From: Kiritimatiellia bacterium
GTDB lineage: Bacteria; Verrucomicrobiota; Kiritimatiellia; JAAZAB01
DNA: 64,000 nucleotides
Direction: 5' to 3'
Assembly: GCA_040767085.1 (NCBI GenBank)
Contig: JAXGPF010000004.1
Span: forward strand, 128,001 to 192,000
This document shows positions 62,921 through 64,000 of this stretch, piece after piece (within the stretch, counting starts at the first letter, position 1; each line of letters opens with the position of its first letter). The notes beneath the pieces were generated by a model, which saw only the letters and a program-made list of their open reading frames with translations, ran no database searches and was not told the DNA's origin. Position numbers and translations under genes: made by a program.

Positions 62921-63367
62921 ATGAAAGCATCACGTATGATCGTTGCCTTGTCGGGTATGCTGTTGATGAGCGCCGCCGGATTTGCAGGCGCGGCCGCGGA
63001 GGATGCCCCGGATATCAGCCTGGCTGACTTGAAACAGGCTATGGCCGAAAAGCAGGTGTGCCTGCTGGACTGCAACGGCAGCGCATCTTATGCCAGGGGT
63101 CATATCCCCGGCGCCATTGATTTTGAAGCCCGCCAGGCCGAGCTGGAAAAATTATTGCCCGCGGACAAAGCCGTCCTGGTAGTCGCCTATTGCGGCGGGC
63201 CGAAATGCCTGGCTTACCGGGACGGCGTCGCGGCGGCCGCGAAACTGGGCTACACCAACATCAAGCATTTTTCCGGCGGCCTATCCGGATGGAAACAGGC
63301 TGGCGAAATGCTGGAGCCGGCCGCGCCAAGCGCCGCCACCCAACCCGCCGCGCAGGCCGCGCCATGA
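62921..63367 (+). CDS. Secreted rhodanese-domain protein
   Basis: GHIPGA, YCGGPKC, GGLSGW; signal peptide. Confidence 0.88.
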   Translation: MKASRMIVALSGMLLMSAAGFAGAAAEDAPDISLADLKQAMAEKQVCLLDCNGSASYARGHIPGAIDFEARQAELEKLLPADKAVLVVAYCGGPKCLAYRDGVAAAAKLGYTNIKHFSGGLSGWKQAGEMLEPAAPSAATQPAAQAAP

Positions 63368-64000
63368 CCGGGCCGTGCGCGCGAATTGCCATCATCACCG
63401 GCGCCACATCCGGCATCGGTGAAGCCACCGCCAGGAAATTTGCCGCCGCCGGGTTCGGCGTGGCCGGCAACGGGCGCAATGCGGCCAAGCTGGCCGCCCT
63501 GGAAAAGGAACTGGGCCAGCTGTTCCATGGCGTAGCGGGTGATGCCTCCGACCCCGCGGTCATTGAAGAACTATTCGCGGCCGCCGAACGCTTCGGCCGC
63601 CCGGCGGACATAGTGGTGGCCAACGCCGGCCGGGGTCTGGGCGGCTCGGTGAAAGACGCCGACTTTGCGCAATTCGAAGACCGGTTGAAACTCAACGTGG
63701 CGGCCGTCCTGGCCCTCCTGCAGCGGGCGGCGCGCGACATGACCGCACGGCAGGCGCAAAACTTCCCGCGGACACCGGCCGACATCGTGGTGATCGGCTC
63801 GGTGGTGGGGCGCCATATCTCCCCCTTCAGCGCGGTTTACGGCGCCACCAAGTTTGCCGTGCATGCCCTGGCCGAGGGACTGCGGCGTGAAATCGGCCCC
63901 AGCGGCGTGCGCGTTTCGCTGGTTGAGCCGGGTATTGTCCTCAGCGGCTTTCAGGACGCGGCCGGCTACACCGCTGAGATGCGGCAGGGCTTTCATGACA
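63364..64000 (+). CDS. SDR family oxidoreductase (runs off the window)
   Basis: Hand translation ITGATSGIG, ANAG, YGATK, VEPG. Confidence 0.9.
   Translation, partial: MTGPCARIAIITGATSGIGEATARKFAAAGFGVAGNGRNAAKLAALEKELGQLFHGVAGDASDPAVIEELFAAAERFGRPADIVVANAGRGLGGSVKDADFAQFEDRLKLNVAAVLALLQRAARDMTARQAQNFPRTPADIVVIGSVVGRHISPFSAVYGATKFAVHALAEGLRREIGPSGVRVSLVEPGIVLSGFQDAAGYTAEMRQGFHD

Overview
GC-rich bacterial chromosome segment, most likely from the PVC superphylum (Kiritimatiellia/Lentisphaeria/Verrucomicrobiota-like), judged from the PVC-type small basic protein, the long GreA-like protein and the ilvE-mcsA-mcsB-clpC cluster. Most of the window is housekeeping and envelope genes: trpR-trpB2, gspF/G and two minor pseudopilins, murA, tkt, coaC/coaB, gmk, yicC, glycosyltransferases, lpxL, clpC/mcsAB, ilvE, lolCD, lysS, ispD, gltA, rpmB and lemA/htpX. 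Four accessory signals stand out. (1) Two apparently identical 1386-bp IS481/IS1202-like elements, each with its own 16-bp target duplication. Each duplication abuts the -35 box of a predicted sigma70 promoter and also resembles the element's own end repeats. (2) A tRNA-fMet preceded by two 123-bp tandem units containing tRNA 5'-half copies with a palindromic insert in the D-loop, with a decayed island beyond its 3' end. (3) A decayed integron cassette array with no integrase in the window (about 28.1-31.3 kb), next to an internally deleted REP-associated transposase. (4) Several REP-like palindromes and small ORFs missing from the ORF track. All calls are by eye from sequence and motif recognition; no database search was run.
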